Under the pieces are notes generated by a model, which was not told the DNA's origin, searched no databases, and was given only the letters and a program-made list of their open reading frames with translations. From a virus (Duplodnaviria; Caudoviricetes): DNA of 64,000 nucleotides. Positions 1 to 9,966 of this stretch are shown here, in pieces (the stretch's first letter is position 1; the number at the start of each line of letters is the position of its first letter). The translations under genes were made by a program, and so were the position numbers. The DNA is taken from positions 1,184-65,183 of the IMG/VR virus record IMGVR_UViG_3300020576_005084; one strand, 5' to 3'.

Positions 1-321
1 ATACTTGCGCTTGGTGGTGAGCACGGTGTTGACCGGCAGGTAGCCGCACGGCACCCACTGGCCCTGCAGCAGCACTTCGCCGCCGCGGCCGTTGATCCAC
101 AACGGGACATGCGCAGCGGCGTTCTTGTCGCTGGACGGCTCGATACGGATGGTCACAGGCTCTTCGTTGAAGGCCAGCTCGTCGGCATAGTCGTCGTTGA
201 TGTTGGCCATGGTGATGCGCTCACCGATGACGATGTCAGGCTTGCGGTCGCTCAGATCTCCAATGAGATCGTCGTGCTGCTGGATCTTGCCCAGATGGCC
301 GCTGTAAATTTCGCTTCTCAT
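1..321 (-). CDS. Conserved phage head-region protein, partial (runs off the window edge)
   Basis: Not in the ORF track. Manual translation: MRSEIYSGHLGKIQQHDDLIGDLSDRKPDIVIGERITMANINDDYADELAFNEEPVTIRIEPSSDKNAAAHVPLWINGRGGEVLLQGQWVPCGYLPVNTVLTTKRKY, open to base 1. Purine-rich RBS (AAAGGAAAAGGA) upstream. Confidence 0.8.
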   Translation of the reverse strand, partial: MRSEIYSGHLGKIQQHDDLIGDLSDRKPDIVIGERITMANINDDYADELAFNEEPVTIRIEPSSDKNAAAHVPLWINGRGGEVLLQGQWVPCGYLPVNTVLTTKRKY

Positions 322-344
322 GTTCTTTCGGTCCTTTTCCTTTG

Positions 345-381
345 AAAGAAGAAAACGGCGCGGGGCACCACGCCCCGCGCC
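345..381 (-). terminator. Intrinsic terminator after the capsid/decoration genes
   Basis: Perfect 10-bp stem GGCGCGGGGC/GCCCCGCGCC (357-366 and 372-381), followed on the minus strand by GUUUUCUUCUUUC. Confidence 0.8.
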
Positions 382-390
382 GGTAAGCCA

Positions 391-903
391 TTACGAGATG
401 ATCGGACGATCCGGCCAGCCGACCAGATCACCGAAGATGTAGGTGATGCCGGTCACGCCAGACATGTTGCTCGTGCCGAAGATCCAGCCAGTCGTCGCAT
501 TGGCGGTCGAACCCGCCTTGATGATCAGATAGCCGATCGGGCAGAAGTCATTGTCCGTGGAGCCGGAGCCCGCGGGCGCGAAGCCCCCGAACACAGGCGC
601 GCGAACAAAGTTGCCAGACGAGTCCAACGGCTGGATCGTGCTCTGGATCGCACGAAGCGCGCCAGTGCTGTCGAAGCCGATGATGTAAGAGCAGCCGTTG
701 TTGGCGGTGACGCCAATGAACGCGTTGCCGGTGGCCCAGTCAGTGGTGGGCGTGGCAGCGTTGGCCATCGCCGTCTTGGTGTAGACCCTGCTCTTGATCG
801 CGTAGGTGGTGGTGCCGGTGTTGTTGAGCGTGGTGGTGGTGCCCGCAGCGAGCGTCACCTTTCCCAAGCACATTGTTACCGGCTGGAACGATTGATTATC
901 CAT
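391..903 (-). CDS. Putative capsid decoration/minor head protein (likely paralog of 943-1467)
   Basis: 170 aa, Thr/Gly/Ala-rich, second gene downstream of the MCP. Shares the 'IGY/F-I-I' and 'F.xG.T' pattern with the neighbouring ORF. Confidence 0.6.
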   Translation of the reverse strand: MDNQSFQPVTMCLGKVTLAAGTTTTLNNTGTTTYAIKSRVYTKTAMANAATPTTDWATGNAFIGVTANNGCSYIIGFDSTGALRAIQSTIQPLDSSGNFVRAPVFGGFAPAGSGSTDNDFCPIGYLIIKAGSTANATTGWIFGTSNMSGVTGITYIFGDLVGWPDRPIIS

Positions 904-942
904 GTGTTCTGTCCCTCCTTCGGACAGTATTCAGGTTGTGGC

Positions 943-1467
943 TTAGTAGCCGATGACGCACGCCGGGTCGAAGCCCGAAAGCGCGCTGTTGAAGAAGGCA
1001 TTCGGAACGACCGTCACATCGTCCAACGCCGTGGTGCCGCCAACAAAGTTGCCGGTACCGGTCGGGTTGATCTCGATGAAACCGATCAACGCCTTGCCAA
1101 CCGGGAGCTGGGGGAATTTCACCAGCGCGTGGGTGGTGCCTTCCGTGCCCATCTGCGAGGTAACAGTCCCCGCATTGTCCACGAAGAAGCAAAAGACGTT
1201 GAACTTGGCGTTGGTCACGGTGCCCGAGAGAGCGGGCATGTCCGTTGCCGCGGCGATGCTGCCGTAAGTGCCGTTGGCAAAGTATTTGGTCGCCGAAGCG
1301 CCAGTCTTCGCCAAGGTGCTACCGCCAGCCTTGATCACAAGGCCAGCGGACGACACCACCAAACTGCTGTACCGATCGAACACCGGGGACATGACGGTGC
1401 GCAAGATGCCTTGCGAAACGGCGTCCCTGAAGATGGCGATCTGACGGTACAAGGTGTCAGTGAACAT
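943..1467 (-). CDS. Putative capsid decoration/minor head protein
   Basis: 174 aa directly downstream of the MCP, with RBS AAGGAGGA. Confidence 0.6.
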   Translation of the reverse strand: MFTDTLYRQIAIFRDAVSQGILRTVMSPVFDRYSSLVVSSAGLVIKAGGSTLAKTGASATKYFANGTYGSIAAATDMPALSGTVTNAKFNVFCFFVDNAGTVTSQMGTEGTTHALVKFPQLPVGKALIGFIEINPTGTGNFVGGTTALDDVTVVPNAFFNSALSGFDPACVIGY

Positions 1468-1509
1468 ATTGTCCTCCTTTCAAGAGGTCAGTGGATTAAG
1501 TGCTGGCTA

Positions 1510-2580
1510 TTACACCAGCACCTTGGATCCGACGAAGCCGACGGCCATCCAGCCGTTGTTCTCGATCATCACCGACTTCCACCAGATGGTGCCCGCATAG
1601 CCGCGCTGGCCGTGGGGATCGGACTTGGACTTCTCGCCCGGCGGAATGTACGTCGGGTTGAGGGAGTCCTTGCCGCGCACCGCGACCTGCGACCACGCAT
1701 CTTCGGCCGCCACGATGAAGGGATAGACGTCGATGTTCACGCCGGTCGTCGAGTACAGGCCGGTGGCGCCAATGGCGGCACCCGCGTCCTGCAGCGACGG
1801 CAGATCCGGCGAGGTGATGAAGCGGAAGCGCTCGACCTTGCCGATTTCGTTCGGCATGGGCGTGCCCGACGCATACTTCTCGACGGGAATGAAGTTCGGG
1901 ATGTCGCGAATATCCGGCTCGAGGTCGGTGTGGCAGTAGACCGTGAAGCCTTCCGCCACCGGGTCAGTGGCATAGTCGCCGCTGGCCTTCAGCACCTTGT
2001 TGACCGGCATGGCGTGGTTGGCCTGCAGGTTCTTCACGACCTTGCGGACCATGCCCAGCGAGAAGCCGCCGTTCACAGTCGCGATGGTCGTGCCGGTGCC
2101 ACCGAAATACTGGTTGGTGCACGCACGAAGCGCACCGTACAGGATCATCTCGTTCACCAGCGTCACGCGCTCGCCGACCTGCGTGATCATCTGCTGCGGG
2201 ATGTCATCCTCGTACAGATCATACGTCTTGTCGGTGAAGCCATACAGGCAGCTGTACTGCTGCAGGATGACGGTGGTGTCGACCGGGATGATGCTGTCGG
2301 GCGCCGGAGTGACACCTTCCTGCGTCTGGTGCGCGATGACCAAGGCGTTGCCGCGATCGCCGGTACCGTTCTGGAAGAACTGGTTCTGGCTGGACGCGGT
2401 GGCAGCCGTGGCGCCATAGGGCAGCCAGCGACGGGCGACATAGGTGTCGGAGTTGTTCTTCGGGAACTTGACCTGACGGCCAGTACGCCCGAGGACTTCC
2501 TTCGGCACGGCATGGGCCAAGATCTGGCCCTTGTACTTGTTCAGACGACCGGGGGTCATCGTGAATGTTTGCATGCTCAT
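1510..2580 (-). CDS. Major capsid protein (N4-gp56-like family, HK97 fold)
   Basis: 356 aa with motifs typical of the N4-gp56 family (EGVTP, QY...YGFTD, E.G.VE..RFI, K.DP.GQRG..G..WW). Sits after the scaffold gene; RBS AAGGAGG. Confidence 0.88.
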   Translation of the reverse strand: MSMQTFTMTPGRLNKYKGQILAHAVPKEVLGRTGRQVKFPKNNSDTYVARRWLPYGATAATASSQNQFFQNGTGDRGNALVIAHQTQEGVTPAPDSIIPVDTTVILQQYSCLYGFTDKTYDLYEDDIPQQMITQVGERVTLVNEMILYGALRACTNQYFGGTGTTIATVNGGFSLGMVRKVVKNLQANHAMPVNKVLKASGDYATDPVAEGFTVYCHTDLEPDIRDIPNFIPVEKYASGTPMPNEIGKVERFRFITSPDLPSLQDAGAAIGATGLYSTTGVNIDVYPFIVAAEDAWSQVAVRGKDSLNPTYIPPGEKSKSDPHGQRGYAGTIWWKSVMIENNGWMAVGFVGSKVLV

Positions 2581-2602
2581 TGTTGTGTGGCCTCCTTAGC
2601 CA

Positions 2603-3580
2603 CTAGCCAGACTTGAACCCTTCGTTGAAGCTCTCGTCGGCAGTTTTGCGTGTGGGTGGGGGATTGCCGTCGCCTTTCGGCTGCACGGCATCTTCAAAGC
2701 GACCGTTACGGGCCGCGGCTTGCTTGGAAGGAGTCTTCGGCGGAACAGGCTTTTTCTCTTTGGCCTTCTCCGCGGCAGCGAATGCCTTGAACTTCTCGAT
2801 CGCACGGCTGACCACAAGTGGCGAGTCCGTGGTGTTGATCTTTTCCTTGTAGTCGTCAGGCTGTTTCGAAAGCCAAACCCGGAAGGGGTTTGCCTTGTCG
2901 ACAACAGTCTTGCCGTCCACAGTGGTGACACCGACATCCTTGCGCCAGTTGGGGTGCTCTTCCTCGAGCAGCTTCAACTCGCGCCGGGCGACGGAATCAT
3001 CGACGATGGCTTGGATGGCTTCGGGCTTGAGAGCCGTGGCCGCCTTGTCATCACCTTCACCTGCAGGCTTCTCGTCGCCAGTGCCCTTCACGCCCGCGAG
3101 AGTTTTCTCGAGGGCAGAACGGACGCGTGCGCCGATCTCAGGATATTCCTCTTCCAGCTCCTTGAACGCGTCGGCGGGGATTTCCACCTTCAGGCCCTTC
3201 GGAGTGGCGTCCTGCAGATTCTTGACGAGCTGCTGGAGATCGCCGGTCTTGCCGAACAGCTTCTCGATGCGTGCTTCCGCGCCCTCTGCTTTGTCGGCAG
3301 CGGCGAGGAGACGATCGAGCTGGCTCTTCGTCAGTTTGACGACTTCTTCGCCTTCTGGCTTGTCTTCACCTTCGGGTTTGTCCTCGCCTTCGGGCTTGTC
3401 TTCGCCTTCGGGTTTGTCTTCGCCTTCCAGATTTTCTTCGCCAGTGCCGAGCAGGTCTTCGTTCTCGTCTTCACCTTCCGGCCGGGTCAGCGCAGGGCCG
3501 CCCTTATTCGGCATGGTGAAGCCTGCCTCGAAATCGCTCTCGGCATTCTCGTCAGTGTACTTGTCACCTTGTCCAGACAT
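2603..3580 (-). CDS. Capsid scaffolding protein
   Basis: 325 aa, acidic N-terminus, helical/coiled body, Lys/Pro-rich C-terminus; lies between portal and MCP. Confidence 0.7.
   Translation of the reverse strand: MSGQGDKYTDENAESDFEAGFTMPNKGGPALTRPEGEDENEDLLGTGEENLEGEDKPEGEDKPEGEDKPEGEDKPEGEEVVKLTKSQLDRLLAAADKAEGAEARIEKLFGKTGDLQQLVKNLQDATPKGLKVEIPADAFKELEEEYPEIGARVRSALEKTLAGVKGTGDEKPAGEGDDKAATALKPEAIQAIVDDSVARRELKLLEEEHPNWRKDVGVTTVDGKTVVDKANPFRVWLSKQPDDYKEKINTTDSPLVVSRAIEKFKAFAAAEKAKEKKPVPPKTPSKQAAARNGRFEDAVQPKGDGNPPPTRKTADESFNEGFKSG
3356..3427 (-). repeat. Four 18-bp tandem repeats encoding (EGEDKP)x4 in the scaffold
   Basis: Units at 3410-3427, 3392-3409, 3374-3391 and 3356-3373, with synonymous variation. 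Confidence 0.95.
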
Positions 3581-3638
3581 TCTTTTCTCCTATTCGGCCC
3601 GCGTTTCCGTGTGCCGCACCTGTGGTAACGTCTATCGA

Positions 3639-3875
3639 CTATTCGTCGATCGGCGTCGGGTCATCACCAAGACCCAGAAGGTACTTGGCGAATTTGATCT
3701 GACCGCGCAGCGCAGCGGTCTGCGCCTCGGTCAATGTCTCGTCATCGTTCTTGATGCGAAGCTGGGCGAGCTTCTTCTCGACCTCTTCGCTGATCTTGGC
3801 CCACAACGGACCTTTGCGCTCTGCTTGGTTCAGCGCGAACGGGAATTCCAGATCGTCGACAACGCCGTTTCTCAT
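3639..3875 (-). CDS. Small conserved protein between portal and scaffold
   Basis: 78 aa; ATGA overlap with the portal stop codon; helical. Confidence 0.7.
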   Translation of the reverse strand: MRNGVVDDLEFPFALNQAERKGPLWAKISEEVEKKLAQLRIKNDDETLTEAQTAALRGQIKFAKYLLGLGDDPTPIDE

Positions 3876-6436
3876 GACGTCACCGTTTCGTCTTCAGCGT
3901 TGGCCATGTCCTCGTTGCTCTGCTGCGACATGGCTTGGCCGTTGGCTGCGCGGCCGGGCAGCTGGGCGATCGGCTTCACGGTAGCGCCCGGCAGTGGCGC
4001 CGGAGCTTCTTCGCCGGTCTCGTCGGCGCCCTTGTTGTGGTGCTTGTGCAGGTCGACACCGTGCGCGGCCGCGGCCAGCTCGCGCTGGGCCTGCAGCGTC
4101 ATGGCGGTCTTGGCCAGCTCGGCCTTCACCTGCGTCAGCGTCAGGCCGTTCTTGTTGGCATACTCCAGCTGCTTGATGGCCAGCTCCTGTTGCATCTCCT
4201 CGCGGCGCAGCTGGATCTCTTCGGCATTCATCTGTTGGTCGATGCCAGCCGAGCCGGTCGCGATCTTCTCGCGCGATGCAGCGAGGATCTGCGCAGCCTG
4301 CACGCGTGGATCCGGGGGCGGCGGCGTGCTGTCGATCTTCTGCTGCTCTTCTTCCGTGTACTGCAGCTTCTTCGGGTCCATGCGACGGGACTTGAGGTAG
4401 TTCTCCATCGTCCGGCGCGGGCTCAGGCCATAGGCAGGATCCTTGGACACCGGCACGAGGGTGGCCAGCGTCTGGTTCTCGATCGCCTGCTCGACCAGCG
4501 CCGAGGATCCGTGGGCGTCGATCTTGAAATCACCCTTCTCCTCGTTCGGTACCTTGGGATCCAACAGCAGCCACTCGTAGAAGTCGGTGACCAGAGGCTC
4601 GTTGACGCAATCGTCGGCGTTGGCGCCGATCGAACGGAGCAGCTGGTTGGCGTTGCTGTCCTGCAGCTGCATGCCGCCGAAGGTGTCAGGCGTGGTCTTG
4701 CCCGACTGGCCCTGCGTCACGAGCGGGATCGACGACACATTTTCGGCTTGCTTCTCGGCGAACTCGATGATCTTGAGCATCTCGTCCGTCATGTTCGGCA
4801 CGTCGAAGGCGTAGAAAGCCTTGCGCACGTCATCACCGGGCGAGTCTGCGGTCTTGTACCAGATCTTGTCGGGCTCGAGGCCCCAGTTGCCGTTGGCCGG
4901 GCGGATGGCGCCCTGATCGATCACGATCTGCGAGCCGGAGCTCTTGCCAGCGTTGTTGAGCATCGCGCGGACGGACGCGTTGAGGATCCGCTGCGGCGCG
5001 CGAACCTGCTCGGCCACACCGACGCCAGCCCAGTAACCGGCGCGGCGCTGCCACGGCAGCACGCGATACGGGAAGTGGCCGGTGTCGAGCGGGTTGAGCA
5101 CAGCGCGCACCACGGTGTCGCCGATCATGGTGGCGATGACGTGCACATGCTTCTTGTCGGCCGGGAGATCGTCGCGCGTCAGCGGCTGGCGGCCGGACAT
5201 CTGGCGGCAGCAATCGATCTCGTCGCGCGAGAGCACGCCGTAGTAGTACCAGATGACGCGGCGACCCTTGCGTTCGTCCTCGTCGCCGTAGCGCGTGTTG
5301 CGCTGGGCGGCGGCGCCGACCGACGGCGAGATCTCCTGCTCGAGCACAAGGTCGATCTGGCTGGTGATGTAACCCGGCAGCTTCTTCAGCGCGCGGACCT
5401 GTGTGTCCGTCATGTAGTCGCGCTCGAACAGATACTCGCCGTTGTGGATGTCGTCGCCGCAGCTGGGATCGGGGAACAGGTTCCAGACGTCGACGTAGCT
5501 GACGCCCGGCTTGATCTCACGCTTGATCTGCACCGTGACGTCGTTGCCCCCTTCCTTGGAGGCATTCGTCATGATGGCTTCGGAGACCTTGGGATGCGGG
5601 CCCTTGAGCACGCCGGATCCCAACCGCGCGGAGTCGGCGATGACCTTACGCATGTTGGTGGAGTATTTGCTCTCCACCATCCAGTCCCAGATGCGCGTCT
5701 CGGCCAGCTTGGCCTTGTCGTGCGCGATCTGGATGTTCTCTTTCGCCAGATCGCCGACGGTCAGCGGCATGCGCGGCGCCGGGGGATTTATGGCAGCGGG
5801 TGATTCTCCGGCAGCACCGGGAGGTTGGACCGCTCCGCCCCCCGGTGCTGCCGTCGGCGCAGGCTGCGGTGCGGGTGTCAGAGACACAGCCGTCGCTGCA
5901 GCACCAGTTGTGGGCGCCGGGGCAGGCGGCATTTCGCCGGGCTGCGCAGGGCGCGTGAGCGGGACGCCTTCGTCGTTGACGACTTGGCTGTTGTCCTTCT
6001 TGGCCTTCGCCAATTCGGGAAGCGGCGTCTCCTTGATGGAGAACGCCTTGTCGCCGGACAGCGGCAGCAGGATCTCGGACAGCTTCGCCGAGCCAGCGTC
6101 GACGTAGCGCGCGGTCAGGCGAAGGAAGACGGTCGACTTGTGATCGGGCTTGCCTTTGATGGTGCTGCCCGCCTGCACGGGGCCATTCATGGCCTGCGGC
6201 TTGGACCACTTGCCGCTGCCGCCGAACTCGGTGCGGTTGGCGTCGTCGATGCCGATGTACGCGTCTTCGCACTCGGCCCAGATGTTCTCGATGCCCGAGG
6301 AGGTTCGGGCAGCCATGGCGGCATTCCGCTTGGTAGTCAGAGCAACGCTGATGGCCGCCAAGGTGCCCGGCTCCGGGTCCAAGTACGGCCTGATCAGCTC
6401 TGCTACTTCAGCAGGAATGCCGTCTAGGTAGTTCAT
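3872..6436 (-). CDS. Portal protein (P22-like podovirus type), long
   Basis: 854 aa with portal-type motifs (NLFPDP, F..DY.T, FPY...PW......WG.GVAE..R.PQ..LN...R..L.N). Pro/Ala-rich insertion at about aa 160-225 and a coiled C-terminal extension. Confidence 0.85.
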   Translation of the reverse strand: MNYLDGIPAEVAELIRPYLDPEPGTLAAISVALTTKRNAAMAARTSSGIENIWAECEDAYIGIDDANRTEFGGSGKWSKPQAMNGPVQAGSTIKGKPDHKSTVFLRLTARYVDAGSAKLSEILLPLSGDKAFSIKETPLPELAKAKKDNSQVVNDEGVPLTRPAQPGEMPPAPAPTTGAAATAVSLTPAPQPAPTAAPGGGAVQPPGAAGESPAAINPPAPRMPLTVGDLAKENIQIAHDKAKLAETRIWDWMVESKYSTNMRKVIADSARLGSGVLKGPHPKVSEAIMTNASKEGGNDVTVQIKREIKPGVSYVDVWNLFPDPSCGDDIHNGEYLFERDYMTDTQVRALKKLPGYITSQIDLVLEQEISPSVGAAAQRNTRYGDEDERKGRRVIWYYYGVLSRDEIDCCRQMSGRQPLTRDDLPADKKHVHVIATMIGDTVVRAVLNPLDTGHFPYRVLPWQRRAGYWAGVGVAEQVRAPQRILNASVRAMLNNAGKSSGSQIVIDQGAIRPANGNWGLEPDKIWYKTADSPGDDVRKAFYAFDVPNMTDEMLKIIEFAEKQAENVSSIPLVTQGQSGKTTPDTFGGMQLQDSNANQLLRSIGANADDCVNEPLVTDFYEWLLLDPKVPNEEKGDFKIDAHGSSALVEQAIENQTLATLVPVSKDPAYGLSPRRTMENYLKSRRMDPKKLQYTEEEQQKIDSTPPPPDPRVQAAQILAASREKIATGSAGIDQQMNAEEIQLRREEMQQELAIKQLEYANKNGLTLTQVKAELAKTAMTLQAQRELAAAAHGVDLHKHHNKGADETGEEAPAPLPGATVKPIAQLPGRAANGQAMSQQSNEDMANAEDETVTS

Positions 6437-6885
6437 TCGGTGATCAGCGCGCCCATATCGATGATCTCGGCGCCTTCGACACTGCCATCAGTGCCTGTGC
6501 CCAGATCGAACAGCTTGACCGAGATCGGCTTGACGTCGAGCTCGATTTCTTCCTCGCCGAGGATCTTCCACTTCTCTTCGAAGTCCTTCAGCTTGTCTTC
6601 CGGCACCGAGAACTCCGTGCTGGTGCGCTCGGAGTATCCGCGCTTGACGTCTTCCTCGCTGTCCTGACCGGCGATCGCCGGGCGGCGCAGCTTTTCCTTG
6701 TGACCATACGCAGCGATCAGCTCGTCGCGCTTGCCGCTCCACTCGTTGAAGGGATCCATCAGCGCGGTGTGCAGCTTGGCGAATGCGAACTTGCCACGCT
6801 GCGGCATGGGGCGCCGCTCGCGCAGGATGGTGGAGACGGTAGTCATTGCCGTCAGAAGTTTGTCGGCGGTTAGCTTCACAGTCAT
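6433..6885 (-). CDS. Hypothetical protein
   Basis: Likely start MTVKL at 6885 after RBS GGAC/AAGAA; the stop overlaps the portal start (ATGA). Confidence 0.65.
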   Translation of the reverse strand: MTVKLTADKLLTAMTTVSTILRERRPMPQRGKFAFAKLHTALMDPFNEWSGKRDELIAAYGHKEKLRRPAIAGQDSEEDVKRGYSERTSTEFSVPEDKLKDFEEKWKILGEEEIELDVKPISVKLFDLGTGTDGSVEGAEIIDMGALITE

Positions 6886-6936
6886 TTCTTTGCGGTCCTC
6901 AAATACACCCGGAAGCACAACGCCCCGGGAATCTTG

Positions 6937-7464
6937 TTAGCCCAGAATGTTCTGGGCGGTCTTTTTCAACTCGTCGATCGCGGTCTGCGTTGCCGCAAGG
7001 TCGTCCTTCGCGGCAGCGATTGCCCGTTGTGTGTTGGCCAACTCGCTGTTCGCAGCGGTGATGTTGTCTTTGGCGACCGCCAGCTCGGAGTTCGACCGGG
7101 CAGTAACAGAGGCCGCATCTTTTTTGGCGGCGGCGACCACACTGTCGGCAGTGGCACGGGCGTCACCCTTGATCTTCTCGGCCTCGGCTAGTGCAGTTCT
7201 AACCGTCGTCTCGGCCGAAGACTTGGCCGCGTTCAGAATACCCTCGCCTTCCTCGCGCATCGCAACGAGCTTTCTTTCGCCTTCCGCAAGGCGAGCAACG
7301 AGATCCTCGTGCTCTTTGACGGCTTTGTTGTAGGCGTCCTGACGCTCGGCAGCTGCCTGTTCGAGGGAGCCGAGGTTCTTGAGCACATCGGAGACAGCCA
7401 CGATCGCGGAATACTTCTCCGCCATCTGCGCGATGGCCTCTGCGGCAGCGGTGAGATTGGACAT
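6937..7464 (-). CDS. Coiled-coil protein
   Basis: 175 aa, Ala-rich heptad pattern. Confidence 0.7.
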   Translation of the reverse strand: MSNLTAAAEAIAQMAEKYSAIVAVSDVLKNLGSLEQAAAERQDAYNKAVKEHEDLVARLAEGERKLVAMREEGEGILNAAKSSAETTVRTALAEAEKIKGDARATADSVVAAAKKDAASVTARSNSELAVAKDNITAANSELANTQRAIAAAKDDLAATQTAIDELKKTAQNILG

Positions 7465-7468
7465 GGTC

Positions 7469-7837
7469 TTACGTCCTCAACGGGTTGGAAATGTGGATGA
7501 GCATGGAGACATTGAGGCTCTGCGCCGCACCCCCAGTGATGACCGGCTTGATCTGATAGGTGTTCTCCAGAACGGCCTTGATCTTTGCGGTGGTGATCGC
7601 GATGACAGTGCCCGAGGCGTCGTTCAACGCGGCGAAGTTGGTACCGTCGTTGGATCCGTGAAGCGCGACCGAGGCACCGCCGAACGTGCCAGACACCTGA
7701 ATCGACTTGTCGGCGTACTCAGGGTACTGGACCGCCCGGCACGAGTCGTTCTCGGTCACGGCTGCCCAGATCACCTGAAATACATAACCAGAGCCTGTCA
7801 GGCCGATGTCCACGATTGTCGGAGCGATAACCGCCAT
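7469..7837 (-). CDS. Small beta-rich putative virion protein
   Basis: 122 aa with the pattern 'SIQVSGTFGGASVALHGSNDG.NF' seen in phage beta-sandwich proteins; RBS AAGGAG. Confidence 0.6.
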   Translation of the reverse strand: MAVIAPTIVDIGLTGSGYVFQVIWAAVTENDSCRAVQYPEYADKSIQVSGTFGGASVALHGSNDGTNFAALNDASGTVIAITTAKIKAVLENTYQIKPVITGGAAQSLNVSMLIHISNPLRT

Positions 7838-7840
7838 TGT

Positions 7841-8032
7841 CTATCTCCTTGCCATGCGGCGAACGAGTGGCACGAACAGAACGACGGCCTCCCCGAACGC
7901 TGTCAGTGTTGCTGTGACGTATGCGATGCCGTTGATCGCCGCGCTGAGCGCGCCGGGCGTCTGCGCCCCGCTCTCGAAATACGGAGGAGCGAAGTAGGTC
8001 GGCGCAAAGTATGAGGCTGGATTGTAAGCCAT
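7841..8032 (-). CDS. Hypothetical protein with YFAP/YF repeats
   Basis: 63 aa; start overlaps the upstream stop (TGATG). Confidence 0.6.
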   Translation of the reverse strand: MAYNPASYFAPTYFAPPYFESGAQTPGALSAAINGIAYVTATLTAFGEAVVLFVPLVRRMARR

Positions 8033-8832
8033 CAGTTCGGGTCCAGCGTGATGTTGGTGCGGTTGCCGCTGCTGTCGACGTCGGCAACGATGCGGTCGAC
8101 GGTGTCGTTGATGTCGCGGAATGTGATGGTCGCACCACCCGCGCCCGAAACCTTGCCAGCCAGCGCGGCAGCGAACAGGCGCAGGATGTCTTCCGCCGAA
8201 TACCCGGTCTCAAGGATCTGGGCCCACACAGCATCGGCCGCACCTTGTGCGGTCAGGTCGGTATAGGACTTGATGCCAGCAGCGAGAGTGCCAATGGCGG
8301 TCGGGACGGATCCTGCAGCGGTGCCGTCGCCGGACAGGGCCGCAAGGATGATGCCCTTGGCGAGGATGGTGGCAGATGCGTCGCCCGAGCCGGTCAGCGC
8401 GGCGATGGCGTTCTGGATGGCGTTCAGCGCGGCGGTGGAGACCGTACCAGAGCCGGTCAGGTTCGCTACGGCAGAGACGATCAGCGCGGCAACTGCGGAC
8501 GAGATGTCGCCCGCGCCAGTCAGGGGGGCGACACCGTTGAGACCGCCAGCCAGATTGCCGCTGGTGACTGCGCCCAACCCAGTGATGAATTTCGTGCTGC
8601 CAATCTCGCCGGAGGTCTGGGGGAACATCCAAGCGTACGGCTGGTAGTAGCCAGTCGGCTCGGCATACTTGTACAGCGCCGTCGCCGCGCCGCCGGGGGC
8701 CTGCACGATGCGGGCACGCTGCATGCCTGACTTGTTCCAGTTCGAGCGCACCTGCCCTTCGACAGATGTGGTCGACCCGGCCAGAAACCTGCCGGGCGAT
8801 TTGGAAAGAACGCTGTAGTTGCCCAGCAGCAT
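8032..8832 (-). CDS. Putative virion structural protein (Ala/Gly-rich repeats)
   Basis: 266 aa with repeated 'A.L.G.G..' units; C-terminal motif 'TITFRD....DRI.A.VD..GNRT.ITLD'. Confidence 0.6.
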   Translation of the reverse strand: MLLGNYSVLSKSPGRFLAGSTTSVEGQVRSNWNKSGMQRARIVQAPGGAATALYKYAEPTGYYQPYAWMFPQTSGEIGSTKFITGLGAVTSGNLAGGLNGVAPLTGAGDISSAVAALIVSAVANLTGSGTVSTAALNAIQNAIAALTGSGDASATILAKGIILAALSGDGTAAGSVPTAIGTLAAGIKSYTDLTAQGAADAVWAQILETGYSAEDILRLFAAALAGKVSGAGGATITFRDINDTVDRIVADVDSSGNRTNITLDPN

Positions 8833-9966
8833 TTAGCCCCACACCGTGTTGACGTGGCCATAGAACGCCGAGTTCACCGGGGTATTGGCACCGGCATACA
8901 TCAGCCACTGCAGGTTCGCGCCGTCATAGACGCGCGGGAAGGACGGCAGCTGGTTGAGGAAGTCACGCTCGCCAGCCACGCCCACAGTGGTGATCGGGAT
9001 GGTGATCAGCGGCTTGCAGATGATCAAGTTCATGCAGCCCGACACCATCGTCGCCGAGAAGTTGATGCTTTCCACCGATTTGATGCCCGGGTCGCCGGAC
9101 TGAAGCGGAAGGAAGGGGCCAAACTTGCCGACGCCAGTGCCACTGTAGGGGATCGCGCCAACCGGGGAGGTGGTGTTGATGACAGGCAGTGACGGCGCGG
9201 TTGGTGTCAGGCGGCCAGCGGTGGATGCCGGGTTGGTATAGCTCAATTGCACTGTCGGGGTGCCAGCGCCCATGACGATGGACGGCACCAGATAGGCACG
9301 GACACCCTTGCCATCTGCATAGCGGGGCCATGCGGAAGCCCCGGTGAAGCTCTGCGCGCCGGTCGTGGTCACACTACTGATGGTGAAGCTGGCCAGCGTA
9401 TCGATCAGCATGAACACGGCCGGGGCCGTGGTCGCAGCTGCCGAAAACACCGATGCGTCGGTGATCTGCTTGACGTTGGTGGAGACGTCACCGCCATGCG
9501 GCAGGCCGCCAGCACCAGAGGTGCCGGTGATGGTCTGGGACGTGACGGTCTGCGATATGTTGACGGTGTATGTACCGCCGTTGTTCGCGCCTGTGCCGGT
9601 GCCCAACGCCGTGATCTGGGTGCCAGCGACGACGCCTGATCCGGTCAAGACCATTCCGACCGTGAAACGGCCGGTGCTGTGGGTGGTGTCGGTGAAGGTG
9701 GTGGCGGAAATCGAGCCGCTCAGCGCCGCAGTCGTCGCCGTGGTGGTCGTGGTTTCCGACTGGGACTGCTGCGCGAGGTTCGTGGTGGACCCGATGATCG
9801 AGTTCATCTGCGGGTTGCCCGGCGCAAGGCTCAGGTCATACCACTGGCCCGCCACCTGCGCGGTGGTCGGCAAGGCGTTCTTGTTCCAGTCAGAGCGATA
9901 GTTCTGACCTGCGGTCAGCGCGGTGATCAACTGATCGAGCGATTGAATGGTCACGTTTAACCCCAA
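8833..9966 (-). CDS. Putative virion structural protein (paralog of 9957-10826, with a Thr/Gly-rich insertion)
   Basis: 377 aa; shares W.DLS..PGNP, G.PHGG.V and GPF.PLQ.GD.G..S with the neighbouring ORF. Confidence 0.65.
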   Translation of the reverse strand: MGLNVTIQSLDQLITALTAGQNYRSDWNKNALPTTAQVAGQWYDLSLAPGNPQMNSIIGSTTNLAQQSQSETTTTTATTAALSGSISATTFTDTTHSTGRFTVGMVLTGSGVVAGTQITALGTGTGANNGGTYTVNISQTVTSQTITGTSGAGGLPHGGDVSTNVKQITDASVFSAAATTAPAVFMLIDTLASFTISSVTTTGAQSFTGASAWPRYADGKGVRAYLVPSIVMGAGTPTVQLSYTNPASTAGRLTPTAPSLPVINTTSPVGAIPYSGTGVGKFGPFLPLQSGDPGIKSVESINFSATMVSGCMNLIICKPLITIPITTVGVAGERDFLNQLPSFPRVYDGANLQWLMYAGANTPVNSAFYGHVNTVWG

